DNA from: Paraspadella gotoi
Taxonomy: Eukaryota; Animalia; Chaetognatha
Assembly (NCBI GenBank): GCA_051294375.1
Contig: CM119266.1
Span: forward strand, 8,740,827-8,747,076
DNA: 6,250 bases
Direction: 5' to 3'
The position numbers and the translations under genes were made by a program. The notes under the pieces are model-generated. The model made no database searches and was not told the DNA's origin. It worked only from the letters and a program-made list of their open reading frames with translations. Numbering within the stretch: position 1 is the stretch's first letter; the number at the start of each line of letters is the position of its first letter. Of the stretch, positions 5,847 through 6,250 are shown piece by piece.

Positions 5847-6250
5847 CTTGGACGGAGAAGAAAGAAACGACTAACGGAGAATTTAAGAAAAGTATAAAGA
5901 GTTTGTGACGCTTAATTGGTCGGTCAGTTATTTGTGGTGAGTCTGTTTAGTGAGCTCTTCTCACGATGGGGAAAATAAGTGCCATGATAATATTCAGGTT
6001 AGTGAGGTCAAAAATGATCGCCTTCCATTTGCAGCCAACGACCCAGGACGTACTACTGCAATTTGACAATAACAAAAATAACCCCAAGTTCAGTTTCCGT
6101 TAGAGAAAATCCAAAGGTTAAGTTTAGTTAATATTAATCTTAATTGTAAAATTGGAAATCTTAACTGAACTGTTCATCCTTGCGTGAGAATGCAATCACC
6201 TTTCGAGAAGGTAAAGGTTCCGCGTACAAACGTTGCATTTAGGAAAAAAA

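Noticed and set aside
5969-5983. GGGAAAATAAGTGCC resembling the intronic repeat terminus
   Set aside because: Only an 11-nt exact match, without the adjoining GGGGCG motif or hexamer tract.

Overview
Eukaryotic, most likely invertebrate animal, draft-assembly DNA with AT-rich introns, microsatellites and three N gaps. The ORF track is largely misleading because the genes are spliced. From left to right: (1) five + strand internal exons of an LRRC40 ortholog (75-2143), whose last ~80 codons are absent after a 100-N gap; its introns carry related copies of a small element with degenerate TTAGGG-like repeats; (2) a + strand J-domain-like gene starting at 2476, with HPA in place of HPD and two phase-compatible candidate terminal exons, one encoding a C-terminal transmembrane anchor; (3) a type I minimal hammerhead ribozyme motif at 4660-4721 (+), with the palindromic stem III typical of Penelope/retrozyme-associated ribozymes, lying between two convergent 3' ends; (4) the last two exons of a PICK1 ortholog on the - strand (5846-5727, 5353-5255), joined by a GC-AG intron. 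Protein identifications rest on my recollection of the human sequences, not on a database search.
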